A stretch of DNA of 64,000 nt from a bacterium (GCA_965200245.1 CBDATS010000004.1:1280001-1344000); one strand, 5' to 3'. Shown: positions 49,366 to 61,086, counted from the stretch's first letter. Notes: generated by a model not told the origin, from the sequence alone. A program made the numbers and translations.

Positions 49366-49644
49366 CTAAATCTCCCCCTCGTCTGGACGCGGATAGGAAA
49401 AACCCGCCAGCGCCGCCCTGAAATCCTCGTCCGTTATCCCCGCGCGCATCTGCAGCACGCGCAGCAGGTAGGGGTTCGCGCCAAACGACCAGAGTGCCCG
49501 CACGTCGGAATCGCGGACCGCCGATAACTCCGCGTCGGTGACGTCATACCCGCGCGCGAATTCGTGCGGATCGCGCAGGAACGCCTCACGCCTGGCGAGC
49601 GGTTGAATATCGTGGATCAATCGATTCAATGATAATTTCGACAT
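49366..49644 (-). CDS. Extradiol dioxygenase small subunit (LigA-like)
   Basis: REAFLRDP..F...YDVTDAE..AV...DVRAL...GANPYLL; directly upstream of the LigB-like gene. Confidence 0.8.
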   Translation of the reverse strand: MSKLSLNRLIHDIQPLARREAFLRDPHEFARGYDVTDAELSAVRDSDVRALWSFGANPYLLRVLQMRAGITDEDFRAALAGFSYPRPDEGEI

Positions 49645-49777
49645 GGAGGAAGCCTACAGGAGAAACCCGTGAAAATAAATCATCCAAACGGTCTGAGACG
49701 TCACTTGCAGATGAGGGTCAGCCGGGGCAACTACGTACTGATCGATTCGTCTCCGGCGTGGTTATGGTCCTACCGTC

Positions 49778-50640
49778 TTGTCGGACAGGGAGCGCATCAT
49801 GGGATGCATGCCAGACCCGACTCTTCCGCCGGGGCGCGGAAAACCGGGCAAGGAAATGATGCCCGAAAAAGCGAGGGGCTTCAAACTTTTGGGACACTGC
49901 GATTTCGGCGGCCGCAACAAGGGCGACGTCATTCAGCTTCCCGTGAAGGATGGTTTCATTCCCTGCGGCCACATGGGCATGTCGGGCACGGGCGTCATCG
50001 ACGCATCGAACCCCAGAAAACCTAGGGTCATGAACCAGATTCCCGCCCCTCGGAACACGCACAACAACAAGCTCCAGATTGTCGGCGGCATCATGGTCGT
50101 CAACAACGAGCAGTTCGGCGGACGAGGCCCTGAGCCATTAAGGCGGGAATCGACATGTACGACGCTTCGAACCCGCCCGAACTTTGTCCGCTGGGGTATT
50201 TCCACACAGGCGGGCGCGGTGTTCACCGATTATGGTTCGGCGACGGCCGCTACACCTTCCTGACGACCGGGGACGATGAATTTATCGATCAGTTCCTGAA
50301 GATCATCGATTTGAAAGACCCCATACAGCCTAGGGAGGCGGGCTGTTGGGCGATACCGGGGATGCATAACGACGAGGAGCGTGATCGGTACCGGATGGGA
50401 CAGTTCCGCTTTAAGAGAAACCATGAAGATGAATACATCCCGCCTGGCGGAGAAGTGCCCGAAGAGATTGGGAAAAAACGCGTCTGCGTGTACATGTATA
50501 TGGATGTGGACGACATGTCTGCGGCACGTGGTGGGATCCTCGCTTCATCATCCTCGACATCTCGGTCATCATGAACCCCATCCTCATCAGGGGAATTGCT
50601 TTTCAGGAATGACGGACGACCTGTCCATCAATGAAATATG
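49778..50640 (+). pseudogene. LVIVD-repeat protein, frameshifted and truncated
   Basis: GHMG..GTGVIDASNPRKP, frameshift near 50140-50155, then YFHTGGRGVHRLW, IIDLKDPIQPREAG.W; the reading frame then breaks down. Confidence 0.7.
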
Positions 50641-51127
50641 AGCGAAAGCAAAAGGGACCGAGCGTGACCCTGTGTTTTTCCTGCTGCATTGCCCGCAGAA
50701 GTGATCTCAATCCCTGCGTCTTTGTGCCGGTATCCCGTCGAATACAACACGGGAACATGCCCGCCGGCACCATCGGGCAAACCGCGGGATTCCGGCCTGA
50801 AGCGCATATGACCGAACCCGGGAGAGACGATTGCAGGGCCGCTTCCATGGAATCCTTCGGGGAGATCCAGCTGATTCCGGCCCTTGCCCTTGAGGAGATA
50901 CCGCGGAAAACAGTGGTCCGGGCGCATCTGCGATACAGTTGCATTTTGCATCCGTTCGGATGCCCCCATCCATGGTCCTGTTCAAGAGGTCGTGTCCTTT
51001 GTCGCCGCATGCAGGTTTCCCTCCATTCCCTGTCCGATCCGCTCTTGCCCTTGCCCTGCAGCGGGAAACGCAGTAACATTATTCATCATCAGTTATCAAG
51101 GTTTGACCTGCGGCGTCCTCGGAGAAC

Positions 51128-53715
51128 GTGGCTGCCGCCTGCCCAAAGGGAGGAAAGTTGCAACATGAACGGAATTTGGAATTTCTTCGGCATTTTGAAC
51201 TTGACAAGCCGGGCGGGTGCCAGCAACATCGACGCAGGCCAGTCTTTCCGCCTGAATCCTGTTCTTCCCTTCCCGCCGACGGGCGCTCCGCTTCCCGCGG
51301 TCGCGCACCATCCTTCAGAAGTTACGGCCTCTGCACCCTTGGCATCCTGCTGCTGACCTTCCTGCTCGCCGGCCCGGCCGCCGCGGACAACTAATGCGGC
51401 GACCCGCCCACCACCGGCAACCCCAGAGTCATCACCTGCAGCGATTCCACCTACGACCCGGGTCCCAACGACGACCCCGGCATCGAGTATGAATTCGATG
51501 CCTCCGACGAAAACAACTACACCATCAACGTCTCCGGCACCATTGCTGTCAACACGACAGCCGAGGATGACTACGGCCTTTATGGAATACACAAGGGCGG
51601 CGGCGACCTCACGATCAGGATGACCGGCGGCAGCATTGGGACCACTGGGAACTATGCCTCCGGCATCTTCGGATACATTTTCAGTTCTGGCTCAACCGGC
51701 GATGTCTGGATCGAACTGAAGGACAACGGCTCCATCGAGACGGCAGGACAGCAGGCCCACGGGATCTACGGAAACCACACCGGAGGCTCCGGCGATCTCG
51801 TCATCAGCCTTGCGGACACGAACAGCAACGCCGAGACCACCAGCATCACGACGGAAGGAAATAGCGCCAACGGCATATACGGGCGGTTGACCGGAGCGGG
51901 CTCCATCACCATTGACGTGACCGGCGGCCAGATCAGCACGGGCAAGGAGAACGACGACGGGACCGTAACCGTAATGGCCAGTCACGGCATCTTCGGAGAC
52001 CACGAAGGCGCCAGCGGCCTCACCATCAACCTGACCGGCGGCGACATCGCAACGATAGGGGGGAACTCCTACGGCATCTACGGCAGCCACGCCGGCGAGG
52101 GCGCCCTCTCCATCACCATGTCGGGCGGCAGCATCGACACGGACGGGATCTCCGCCCACGGCCTTCATGGCTACCATGAACACAACACGGCCCTCGCCAT
52201 CACCATGTCCGGGGGCACCATCCAGACCGGCAAGGTGAACACTGACGGAAGCGTTACCGGAAATTCCGCCTACGGCATCCACGGGCGGCACGCCGGGGAA
52301 GACCTCGCCACTTCCAGCCTCACCATAGGCATGACCGGCGGCAGCATCATGACCGGTGGCGGTCACGGCATCGCCGGGGTACACCGCAGCGGCACCATCG
52401 ACGTCACCGTGTCGGGCGGCCGCATCGTGACCACCGGCAGCGGCGCGAACCATATCCATTTCGCCGCTACGGACGCGGCCAGGACCCTGACGCTTCGCAG
52501 GGCCCGGCTGATACGCCCGGCCGACGCCGGCGGCAGTTACGGAAGTCGATCCTCTTCGGGGGCGACGCCGACGACAGACTGACCATTGAAGGGCACATCG
52601 AGCAGACCACGATCCGGGGCGATGTGGCGTTCGGCGGCGGCAGCGACACGCTTGTCTTCAGTACCTGCCGGGAGGCCGATATCAGCGAGAACACTGCCTG
52701 CGAGGAGCAGACAGCCAGCGCGGGCGATCTCACCCTGAGCCATACCACCGGGATGTTTACCGGGCTGGAGAGCATCCGCAAGATCGGCTCGGGCACAGCT
52801 CGGCTGACCGATCTGGGCGCGGCGGGTGCGATGATGTCGCTGGAGGACGGCGACCTGCGCCTGACGGAGGCCGTCCTGGAGGGGTATCCGGTGCGCAGGG
52901 GAAGCGGTCCGGACGGGCGTTCGGTGAGGTTCGGGCTCCGCGGGGGTTCCGGAACCCGCGCCGTCTCCCTCGACATGGACCTGCGTCTCGGGGCGTCGGT
53001 GGCCCCCCTCGCCGAGGCGTTCTCGGATTCCCGGGACGAATCGGCCGAGGTCGAGCTCACGGGCGAGGTCTACGCGGCCGGTCTGGGCTGGCGGGGAGAC
53101 GCGTTTTTCTCCGACGTGGCGCTCGCCCACGGCCGCTCGCGCGTATCATCACGGACGCTGGAGGCCACTGGCCTGTTCAGGGGCTCGTTCGACGTGAAGC
53201 AGACCCATGCCGAAGCGAGGGCAGGTCGGCTGTTCCCCGCCGGAGGCATGCGCATCACCCCGTCGGTGTCGGTGTTCGCCGGTTCCCTGGACCACGGGGG
53301 CCACACGGCGGAGGGCGCGGTGATGAGGGCCGAGATCCCGGGCTACTCGCAGGACTACCGGGGATGTCGGGCCGGGGTGGAGGTCGCGACGGCGGAGTGG
53401 CTGGAACTCTCCCCCGCGCTGCGCTGGCGGCCCGACCTGCAACTGGATCTGGCACACACCACGACGGACGGACCGGAGACGCTGACGGTGCGCAAGGCGG
53501 ACCATGCCGGGGTCATAAGCTTCCCCGAGAAAAAACGGGTGATCGGCGTGCCCCGGGAGGCGTTCCGCCTCGGTCTGGGCGTCACGCTGAAAGGCAGTTC
53601 GGATGCCTGGAGCCTGCGCCTCGGTTACCGGGGAGAATGGACCGGCGGCGAGGACGAATGGGCCGGCCGTGAGGACGAACATTCCGTGCAGGCGGGCTTC
53701 TCGATACGGTTCTAG
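51128..53715 (+). pseudogene. Autotransporter (type V) adhesin-like gene, disrupted
   Basis: Signal peptide (LLLTFLLAGPAAA), in-frame TAA 51392-51394, repetitive Gly/Thr/His passenger, frameshift near 52530-52580, beta-barrel ending VQAGFSIRF; start uncertain. Confidence 0.75.
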
Positions 53716-53723
53716 AACCACTT

Positions 53724-53764
53724 CCCGACAGCCCGGCAGTCCCCGTGACTGCCGGGCTGTCGGG
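53724..53764. repeat. Perfect 18-bp inverted repeat after the autotransporter stop
   Basis: CCCGACAGCCCGGCAGTC-cccgt-GACTGCCGGGCTGTCGGG. Confidence 0.85.
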
Positions 53765-54774
53765 CGGGGCAGTGGATCCCGGTCGGGCCCGAGGCGAAGC
53801 ACCGACCGGGAAACGTCTTTCGGGCAGCACGCAACCCCTCCCCGTAACAGGTTAACCTGGATATATGTCTCCCCTTATCAACCACACCCAGTGGCCGCCC
53901 AGGGAGAACTCGGCCATGCGTTCTGTGTTGCCCTTGCCTGAATGAAACATCTGTATTGTTTCCGATGAATGCATGGTAGAGGACATGGAGGGTATCCAGA
54001 AGCAAGCCCGCGTGATGGCTATATCGGATGAGAACCCCCCCAAAGGCGCTCTCCACCTTCCTGCAGCCCGAAGGTGATTACGACGAGCGCTGCGGACGGC
54101 AAGGCCTATATCAGCCAACACCTCGGCGCTGGCGTTTGGATTCCTGAGTCCGACTTTTGGGGGCGAGAATCGTTCAACGCCAGAGAAATGAATGAGATAA
54201 TTTATTGAACGACCTTACACATATTTTCCTGGATATTGAACATGATCTTGACAATTGGGACGATGCCTGTCAGCGTTCGCTCGGCTCCCGAGAAAAACGG
54301 ACTCGCGTTCAACGATTCGCACGAGGCCGCTACCGCGCTTGATGTGCTGGCCCGATGATTCCTGCCCCGGGGTCAGCCTGATTTTCATAACTTCATGGAA
54401 ACGTTCGGCTTCTCGCCACAGGCCTGTTTCTTCGATCTCGGCCTGCTGTTCTATACGGGCGCTCGTTTCACCGGCGACAGATTCGGTGTCACTGATACTT
54501 TCGATGGTTTTGATCGTCCCTTCCGCTGTACTTTCGATGTCTCGGGTTATCAGCACTGCGGAAATGACGCGACGAACCCCGCCACCGCTGAGCCGTCGGT
54601 CTTCCGCCGCGATCCGATCGACAGGTTTGACCCCCATGCGGTGGAGGTAGCTCGCCGGAATGGCGTTCCCCTCGGATATATCCATTATCCACGGCTGTTC
54701 GTAATCGCCGATATCGATCTTGCCATGCAAAAGGTTCGCGCAGTTTCAGTATCCCCGCGTCTCGGTTGCCTTGG

Positions 54775-55500
54775 TTATTCCAGCCCCAGTTTCTCACCGA
54801 AAAACGCGAGCGTCTTCTCCCAGGAGTCCTCGCTTTGCGCGGCGCGGAAGCGCTCGGGGTGGTCCTCCCACTGAAATGCGTGGCCCGCGCCGTCGTAGCG
54901 GTGAAAGACGTATTCCACGCCCGCGTTCCTGAGCGCCGCCTCATAGTCGTCCACATCCTCGGGCGAGGGGTTCTGATCCTCGTTTCCGAAGATGCCGATG
55001 ACGGGGCGCACGATGTTCGCTGTCAGTTCGATGGCGGGCGGATTGCCCGCGCCGCGTACTTCCTTCACGCCGCCGCCGTAGAAGACCGCGCATGCGGCGT
55101 AGCGCGAATCCGTGCATGCGCCCAGCCAGCTCACGCGCCCGCCCCAGCAATGCCCGACGATGCCGATCCTTGCCGCGTCCACGCTATCGAGCGCCGCCAG
55201 GGCGTCGAAGCCCGCTTTCAGGTCGAGTGTCGTCTGCGCGTCGTTGAACTCGTCACGTTTTATCTGCATGTCGTCTTCTTTCGACCACCAGTGGTAGAGA
55301 AACGGAACGGACACCGCGTAGCCGTTCGCCCGGTAGCGCTCCGCAGTCTTGAGGGTGAAGGGGTCGCCCTCGATTCCCTGATGACCCGGTATGTGCTGGC
55401 AGAGCACCAGTCCCGGATGCGGACCGTCGCCTTCGGGTTCATACAGGAAAATCTCCATCTCGCTGCCCTGGACCTGCGTCGTCTCGATTCGATACGTCAT
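54775..55500 (-). CDS. Dienelactone hydrolase family
   Basis: GHCWGG nucleophile motif, GNEDQNP, YDGAGHAF; start at ATG 55500. Confidence 0.9.
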   Translation of the reverse strand: MTYRIETTQVQGSEMEIFLYEPEGDGPHPGLVLCQHIPGHQGIEGDPFTLKTAERYRANGYAVSVPFLYHWWSKEDDMQIKRDEFNDAQTTLDLKAGFDALAALDSVDAARIGIVGHCWGGRVSWLGACTDSRYAACAVFYGGGVKEVRGAGNPPAIELTANIVRPVIGIFGNEDQNPSPEDVDDYEAALRNAGVEYVFHRYDGAGHAFQWEDHPERFRAAQSEDSWEKTLAFFGEKLGLE

Positions 55501-55611
55501 TTTTTCTTTTCTCCCTGTTGAAATATGAAGCCGCTTTGTTTTGCCCAAAGACTATTACAGGAAACTTCTTCTTCGTGCATGACCGCCAGTGCTCGCGCCG
55601 ACGCTCGCGCT

Positions 55612-56580
55612 TCAGGCGTCCTCGAACACCAGGTTCTGTGGCTTTCCCCGGACAAAAGCCTCCACGTTGTCCACTGCCATGCGTGCCTCTCGCTCCACCG
55701 CCCCTTCGGTATGCGCAGCGACGTGCGGAGTCAGGATCACGTTATCCAGCGAACGGAAAGGAGAGTGTTCCGGCAAGGGTTCTTCCGGTTCGAACACGTC
55801 GAGGCCCGCGCCGGCGATTCTCTTTTCCCGCAGTGCTTCGAGCAGGGCGTCCATGTCCACGAGCGCCGCGCGGGAGGTGTTGATCAAAAACGCCTCGGGT
55901 TTCATCTGCGCGATTCGCTCGCGGGAGATGATGCCCCTGGTCTCCGACGTCGCGTGAAGCTGGACCGTCACGAAATCGGCAAGCATGCATTCATCGAGAG
56001 TGGCCGCGTGCGCACCGGCCCCGGCAGCGCGCGCGGGCGTCATGTGTTTCGACCACGCGAGCACTTCCATCCCGAAGCCACGCGCCATGGGGACGACCTT
56101 GCTCCCGATGTGCCCGAAGCCGATCACAGAGAGCGTCTTGCCCAGAAGCTCCACGCCCCGGATGCGTCGCCACTCCCCCGCACGCATGGCTGGTCCCTGG
56201 CAGGGAAGCCGCTTCGCGAGGGCGAGCACCATCATCATCGTGTGCTCGGCCACCGATGGACTTCCCGCCCCGGGCGTCACGGAGACCGAAACGCCGTGCT
56301 CACGCGCGCCCTTCATGTTCACCGCACGGGGGCGCGTTCCCCATATGGAGATGAAGCGAAGCGCACGCGCGGCGTCGAGCAGTGTCGTGTTCCTGAAGTC
56401 CGTCTGAAAGCGCACGGTCAAGATGACCTCTGCGTCGGTGATGCGCTCGATCATCTCTTCCTCATTTTCCGGACGCTCGGTGAAATGTGCCACCTCGCCC
56501 AGTTTCTCGAGACGCGCGAGATGGGGCGAGTTCCTGAACTCTTCTCCATAGTCATCGGGAATCACGATTTTCATGCACAT
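55612..56580 (-). CDS. D-isomer-specific 2-hydroxyacid dehydrogenase
   Basis: VIGFGHIG, INTSRAAL, GLDVFEPEEP, TPHVAA. Confidence 0.9.
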   Translation of the reverse strand: MCMKIVIPDDYGEEFRNSPHLARLEKLGEVAHFTERPENEEEMIERITDAEVILTVRFQTDFRNTTLLDAARALRFISIWGTRPRAVNMKGAREHGVSVSVTPGAGSPSVAEHTMMMVLALAKRLPCQGPAMRAGEWRRIRGVELLGKTLSVIGFGHIGSKVVPMARGFGMEVLAWSKHMTPARAAGAGAHAATLDECMLADFVTVQLHATSETRGIISRERIAQMKPEAFLINTSRAALVDMDALLEALREKRIAGAGLDVFEPEEPLPEHSPFRSLDNVILTPHVAAHTEGAVEREARMAVDNVEAFVRGKPQNLVFEDA

Positions 56581-56687
56581 ACGCTCCGGTCAGCACCTTC
56601 GTGGGCAGCGAGGCGCCTCATCCATTCACGGGTTTACGCATCCATGGTATACCCCAATATGATTGACAGAAAATATCGACTCAAGTA

Positions 56688-57929
56688 GTGCTATGGAATC
56701 GGACGAAACATCGTCTCCCTCCCCGCATTCGGAGGATGTATCCGAACGCCATGATGCCGGATCTGAGCCCCGAAGAATCCGAGATGGTACGCCGTGCGCG
56801 TGCAATCGCCCGCGAGGACATCCTTCCCATCGCCGCCGAGAGGGACAGAAACTACGCGCCGGGCGAGGCCTATCCCTGGCATATCGCTGATAAGCTTGAT
56901 GCCGCGGGCTTGAGGACACTCACCGTGCCCGAGAAATTCGGTGGCTTCGGCGCGCGCCATCTGGTACAGGCGATGGTGGCCGAGGAGATCGCCTACGGTG
57001 ATCTGGGTGTCGCCGTTTCGATGGATCAGACCTACAAGTTCACACAACTTCTCACGAACGAGACCACGCAGGCGCAGCGCGATTTGTACCTCGAGGACTT
57101 CATGAGCGATCCCCGGGCGCTCCTCGCCCTTGCCACGACGGAACCCCAAAGCGGAACCGACACTTTCCTAATGTACGACGCGCCTCACGCAGGACCGCGC
57201 ATGACAGCGAAGCGGGAGGGCGATTTCCATGTCCTGAACGGGACCAAGCACTACATCTCAAACGGCGGCTTGGCGAAGTATTATTTCATCTTTGCACGCA
57301 CCGCGCCCGAGAGGAAAATGAGCGAGGGACTTACCTGTTTTCTCGTGCCGCGCGACACCGAGGGTTTCGAGATCGGGGAGGCGCACTCGAAGCTTGGCAG
57401 GCGCCTTCTGCAGAACGGCGAACTCGTGCTCAGAAACTGCCGCGTACCCGCGCACAATCTCTTCGGCGAGTGGAACGGGGGACTCTCCATTCTGAAACGC
57501 ATGGTGAGCGGCGCGCTCATTCCGGTGATGGGTCCCTCGCGCCTCGCGTATGACCTCGCGCGGAGCGCGGCGCAGGAGAACGGCGCTGCGAGTGAACAGT
57601 GGGCGCAGATGGCGTTCACGGAAATGTATATGCTGATTGAGGCGGCGCGAACCTACCTGTATTCTGCGGCCTGGCATGCGGAAAAACCGACGGACGATTC
57701 AAAGCGCCGCCTGATGTCCAAGGTGTTCGCCTCGGAGGCGGGCATCAGGGTATGCCGCATGGCGATGGAACTTTGGGGAAGGACGGGCGCGACACGGCGC
57801 GATGACGGGCCGACGCCAGAGAAATGCTGGCGCGACGTCCTGAGCTATTTGCATGGCTTCGGCACGAACGAGGCCGTCAAGCTGAAGGCCGCGCCGCTTT
57901 TGGCCCCCGCCGGAGTGGATGAGTGGTAA
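56688..57929 (+). CDS. Acyl-CoA dehydrogenase-fold flavoprotein
   Basis: VPEKFGGFG, TTEPQSGTD, LNGTKHYISNG, KLGRR; true start probably later (56737-56754). Confidence 0.85.
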   Translation: MLWNRTKHRLPPRIRRMYPNAMMPDLSPEESEMVRRARAIAREDILPIAAERDRNYAPGEAYPWHIADKLDAAGLRTLTVPEKFGGFGARHLVQAMVAEEIAYGDLGVAVSMDQTYKFTQLLTNETTQAQRDLYLEDFMSDPRALLALATTEPQSGTDTFLMYDAPHAGPRMTAKREGDFHVLNGTKHYISNGGLAKYYFIFARTAPERKMSEGLTCFLVPRDTEGFEIGEAHSKLGRRLLQNGELVLRNCRVPAHNLFGEWNGGLSILKRMVSGALIPVMGPSRLAYDLARSAAQENGAASEQWAQMAFTEMYMLIEAARTYLYSAAWHAEKPTDDSKRRLMSKVFASEAGIRVCRMAMELWGRTGATRRDDGPTPEKCWRDVLSYLHGFGTNEAVKLKAAPLLAPAGVDEW

Positions 57930-57976
57930 AGCGGAATTGACGAGGTTTTCGTCACACACCTGAAAAGGAGATTGAA

Positions 57977-58945
57977 ATGCCTTCGTACAGGAAATCGGAC
58001 TCACGCGCCTACTGCAGGGAAAACATGAAGGGAATCTGGGCCGCCATCCCCTATCCGTTCGATGAGAACGACAACATCGACGAGGCGGGCCTGCGTGTCG
58101 ACATCCGCCACTATATCGACAATCTCGACATCAAGGGATTTTTCGTCGGCGGCATGATCGGTGAATTCTGGTGCCTCACCAAGGAAGAGCGCCTGAGGGG
58201 CCAGGCGATCGCCTGCGACGAGGCGGGAGACGTGCCCATCATCGCGCATACTGGCCACACCTCGGCCAAAGAGGCCATCGAACTCACCAACGCGGCGATC
58301 GAGGCGGGCGCGACCTACGCGATTCTGGCGAACCCCTATCTCGGGGCGCAGGGCATCCCCGAGCGCGTTCGCGCGTATTTCAGGGAGTTCTGCAGCAACG
58401 TGGACATCGGGGTGTCCCTGTTCAACACGGCGGCGGCCGGCTATTCCCTCTCGCCGACGCTGGTACGTCAGATCGTCGACGACAACGAGAACCTGTGCTG
58501 CATCAAGAACGCGCAGCCCAAATACCACTGCGACGAGGTGCGTGAAGCCGTCGGCGAGGACATCGTCGTGAGCGATCCGATGGAGACCCAGTGGTTCTTC
58601 AACCGCGCTTATCACAGGCAGCAAACCTACATGAGCGGACCCGACCCGTTCCTCATCCAGCGCACGGGCAATCTCGGGATGCAGAAATATACCGATCTGA
58701 TCGACGAGGGGAACCTGGAAGAAGCCTGGACCGCGCGCGAATCCATGAACCCGATTCGCCGTGTGGCCGACAAATGGCTGTGGGAACCCTGGGCGAGAGG
58801 AGCGTTCCCCATCGCCGCGCTCAAGGACTGGATGGACCTCATGGGAATGCACGGCGGCCCCTCGCGCGCGCCGATGATCCCCCTGAGCACGGACGAGAAG
58901 GCGGAACTGACCTCGGACCTGAAGAGCGTGGGTCTCATCGACTAG
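57977..58945 (+). CDS. DHDPS/DapA-family aldolase or hydratase-aldolase
   Basis: PFDENDNIDEAG, GEFWCLT..ER, Schiff-base CIKN, GGPSRAP. Confidence 0.85.
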   Translation: MPSYRKSDSRAYCRENMKGIWAAIPYPFDENDNIDEAGLRVDIRHYIDNLDIKGFFVGGMIGEFWCLTKEERLRGQAIACDEAGDVPIIAHTGHTSAKEAIELTNAAIEAGATYAILANPYLGAQGIPERVRAYFREFCSNVDIGVSLFNTAAAGYSLSPTLVRQIVDDNENLCCIKNAQPKYHCDEVREAVGEDIVVSDPMETQWFFNRAYHRQQTYMSGPDPFLIQRTGNLGMQKYTDLIDEGNLEEAWTARESMNPIRRVADKWLWEPWARGAFPIAALKDWMDLMGMHGGPSRAPMIPLSTDEKAELTSDLKSVGLID

Positions 58946-58979
58946 TCGGTCCGTTTCCTGCGTTCACAAGGATTCACGC

Positions 58980-60125
58980 ATGGACTTTTCTCCCGCAGAA
59001 GCCACGGTTGCGCTTCTGGGCCTGGCGCGCGATTTCGCGCGACAGGCGATAGCCCCGTTCACGGAAGTGCTCGACAGGGAAAAAGACCCGGCAAACCGAT
59101 TCCCCGGAGAAATTCTGGAAAAGGGCGATGCCTTGGGTCTCCGCACCCTCTCCGTCCCCGAGAGCCTGGGAGGTGGGGGTGCCGACTCGTTGAGCCTTTG
59201 TTTCGTGGCGGAGGAGATCGGCTGGGGGGATTTGGGCATCGGCGTCATCCATGCGCAGAGCTGGGCGCTCGCAAAAGCCGTATCCCGCCTGTGGGGCGAG
59301 GCGGGCCATGAGGCGTTCGCAGGTAATTTCGTGCAGAATCACGCACTCCATCTGGCCCACGTTAAAATCTCCGATGCGCCCGCGCCCGAGGATAAAAGCC
59401 CTTATCCTCTGGATATGCGGCAAGGTGCATCTGTTGAGGGAGATGGCGACGGCCTGCGTCTCGCAGGCGGTGCGCGGCACGTGATGAACGGTTCCGGGGC
59501 CGGTCTTTTCCTCCTGGAATCAGATTTGAGCGAAAACGCGCGGCGCATTTTTCTACTCGAGAACCGGGAGGAAGCGGGTATCGGGATCGCCGGTTACCAC
59601 GATTCAATGGGCATGCGATCCTGTCCGGATGTAGACCTGCGTTTCGAGGATGTGGCTCTCGGCGACCCGTATGATTGCGCGGAGGAGGATTGGCGAGACG
59701 CCACTCACGCTCTCCGCATCCTCCCTGCGGCGGCGGGAGTCGGTACAGCGAGAAAATCCCACGAGCACGCGCTCGACCACGCCCGCGAGCGTGTGCAGGG
59801 AGGGAAACCCATCATCGAGCACCAGACGGTGGGTTTCATGCTTTGCGATAATCTCATGGAACTCGATGCCGCCAGAAGGAGTCTCCAGGCGGCGGCCTGG
59901 GCAGCGGATCGAAACGAGGAGGCAGACCCCTGGCGCAGCTTTCTGGCGAAGGCCTTCACCACGGAGTCGTGCGAGCGCGTCGCGCGCCGATCGATGGAGG
60001 TGTGGGGAGGCGCGGGCTATATGACTGAAGCGCCCATGGAAAGGCTCGTGCGCGACATTGTGTCCTTCTCCCACGCCTTCGGCATGGGCCACATCGCGCG
60101 ATGCGCCGCGATGGAGTTGCTGTAA
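58980..60125 (+). CDS. Divergent acyl-CoA dehydrogenase-fold protein
   Basis: VPESLGGGG, RVQGGKPIIEHQ, WGGAGYM..APMERLVRD; lacks the TEPxxGSD motif. Confidence 0.8.
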   Translation: MDFSPAEATVALLGLARDFARQAIAPFTEVLDREKDPANRFPGEILEKGDALGLRTLSVPESLGGGGADSLSLCFVAEEIGWGDLGIGVIHAQSWALAKAVSRLWGEAGHEAFAGNFVQNHALHLAHVKISDAPAPEDKSPYPLDMRQGASVEGDGDGLRLAGGARHVMNGSGAGLFLLESDLSENARRIFLLENREEAGIGIAGYHDSMGMRSCPDVDLRFEDVALGDPYDCAEEDWRDATHALRILPAAAGVGTARKSHEHALDHARERVQGGKPIIEHQTVGFMLCDNLMELDAARRSLQAAAWAADRNEEADPWRSFLAKAFTTESCERVARRSMEVWGGAGYMTEAPMERLVRDIVSFSHAFGMGHIARCAAMELL

Positions 60126-60174
60126 GATGCGCAGTGAACGTCTCGATGACGCGGTACGATGGAGGATGAAGAAA

Positions 60175-61086
60175 ATGAGTGAGAGAATCGCCTACATCAA
60201 TGGCCGGTTCGTCCCGGAATCGGAAGCGAACGTGTCCATCCTGGACAGGGGTTTCCTTTACGGCGACAGCGTGTACGACGCATCACGCACTTTCAACGGC
60301 CAGCCCTGGCATCTGAGAGCGCACATCGACAGGCTCTACCTGTCATGCCGCTATGCGCGGCTCGACCCCGGAATGAGTGCGGACGAGATGGAATCTCTCA
60401 CCATGGAACTGATCGGGCGCAACCGGGGCGTATACGCCGGGGGAGAGGAGTTCCGTATCAACCACTGGGTCACGCGGGGAGGCGGCATCAGTTCCGCCGC
60501 CACCCACACGCATGGGGCGCATACGGTGGTCATCTTCACACTGCCGATGGACTATACACGCTACGCCCACGGCTACAGGGAAGGCGTGCCCTCGGTCGTC
60601 ACCGGCGTGCGCCGCATACCGCCGGAGTGTATCGAGCCGCGTGCGAAGGTGGGCAACAAGATGAACCACGTCCAGGCCGACTTCCAGGCTCAGGAGGCGG
60701 GTGCGTGGCCCATCATGCTCGACATGAACGGCTTCGTGGCCGAGGGGTCGAGTTACAACTGCTTTTTCGTGAGAGACGGTGAAATCCTCACCCCTGCGGA
60801 TCACAACTGCCTGGTCGGCGTCACGCGCACCCATGTCATCGACATGGCGAAGGAACTCGGTATCCCTGTCCGCGAGATGAACCTCACGCGCTACGACCTG
60901 CTGATCGCGGACGAGGCCTTCCACACCGGGAACAGTATCTGCATTCTCCCGGTTTCCTCGGTTGACGGAACTAGGATGACCCACGGCGCGCCCGGCCCTG
61001 TTACCAAACGCCTCATGGATCTGTGGGCGAGCCAGGTAGGCTGCGACTGGGCGGCGAAATCACTGGCCGCTGTCGAGGAAGAATAA
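60175..61086 (+). CDS. Class IV PLP aminotransferase (branched-chain/D-amino acid family)
   Basis: DRGFLYGDSVYD, HIDRL, EGSSYN, LVGVTR; start at ATG 60175. Confidence 0.9.
   Translation: MSERIAYINGRFVPESEANVSILDRGFLYGDSVYDASRTFNGQPWHLRAHIDRLYLSCRYARLDPGMSADEMESLTMELIGRNRGVYAGGEEFRINHWVTRGGGISSAATHTHGAHTVVIFTLPMDYTRYAHGYREGVPSVVTGVRRIPPECIEPRAKVGNKMNHVQADFQAQEAGAWPIMLDMNGFVAEGSSYNCFFVRDGEILTPADHNCLVGVTRTHVIDMAKELGIPVREMNLTRYDLLIADEAFHTGNSICILPVSSVDGTRMTHGAPGPVTKRLMDLWASQVGCDWAAKSLAAVEEE

Noticed and set aside
50628-50969. Possible eroded response-regulator receiver fragment (VPVLYSTGY)
   Set aside because: One short motif only; no conserved Asp/Lys pattern in a single frame.
53850-54130. Possible cytochrome b-type membrane subunit remnant (IRYSHHAG..LHVLYHAF)
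   Set aside because: Short, frame-broken and not distinguishable from chance by eye.
54215-54730. Minus-strand ORF faintly resembling a methyl-accepting chemotaxis protein C-terminus (IESIS..VAGETSARIEQQ)
   Set aside because: No core MCP signalling motif; too degenerate to call without blastx.
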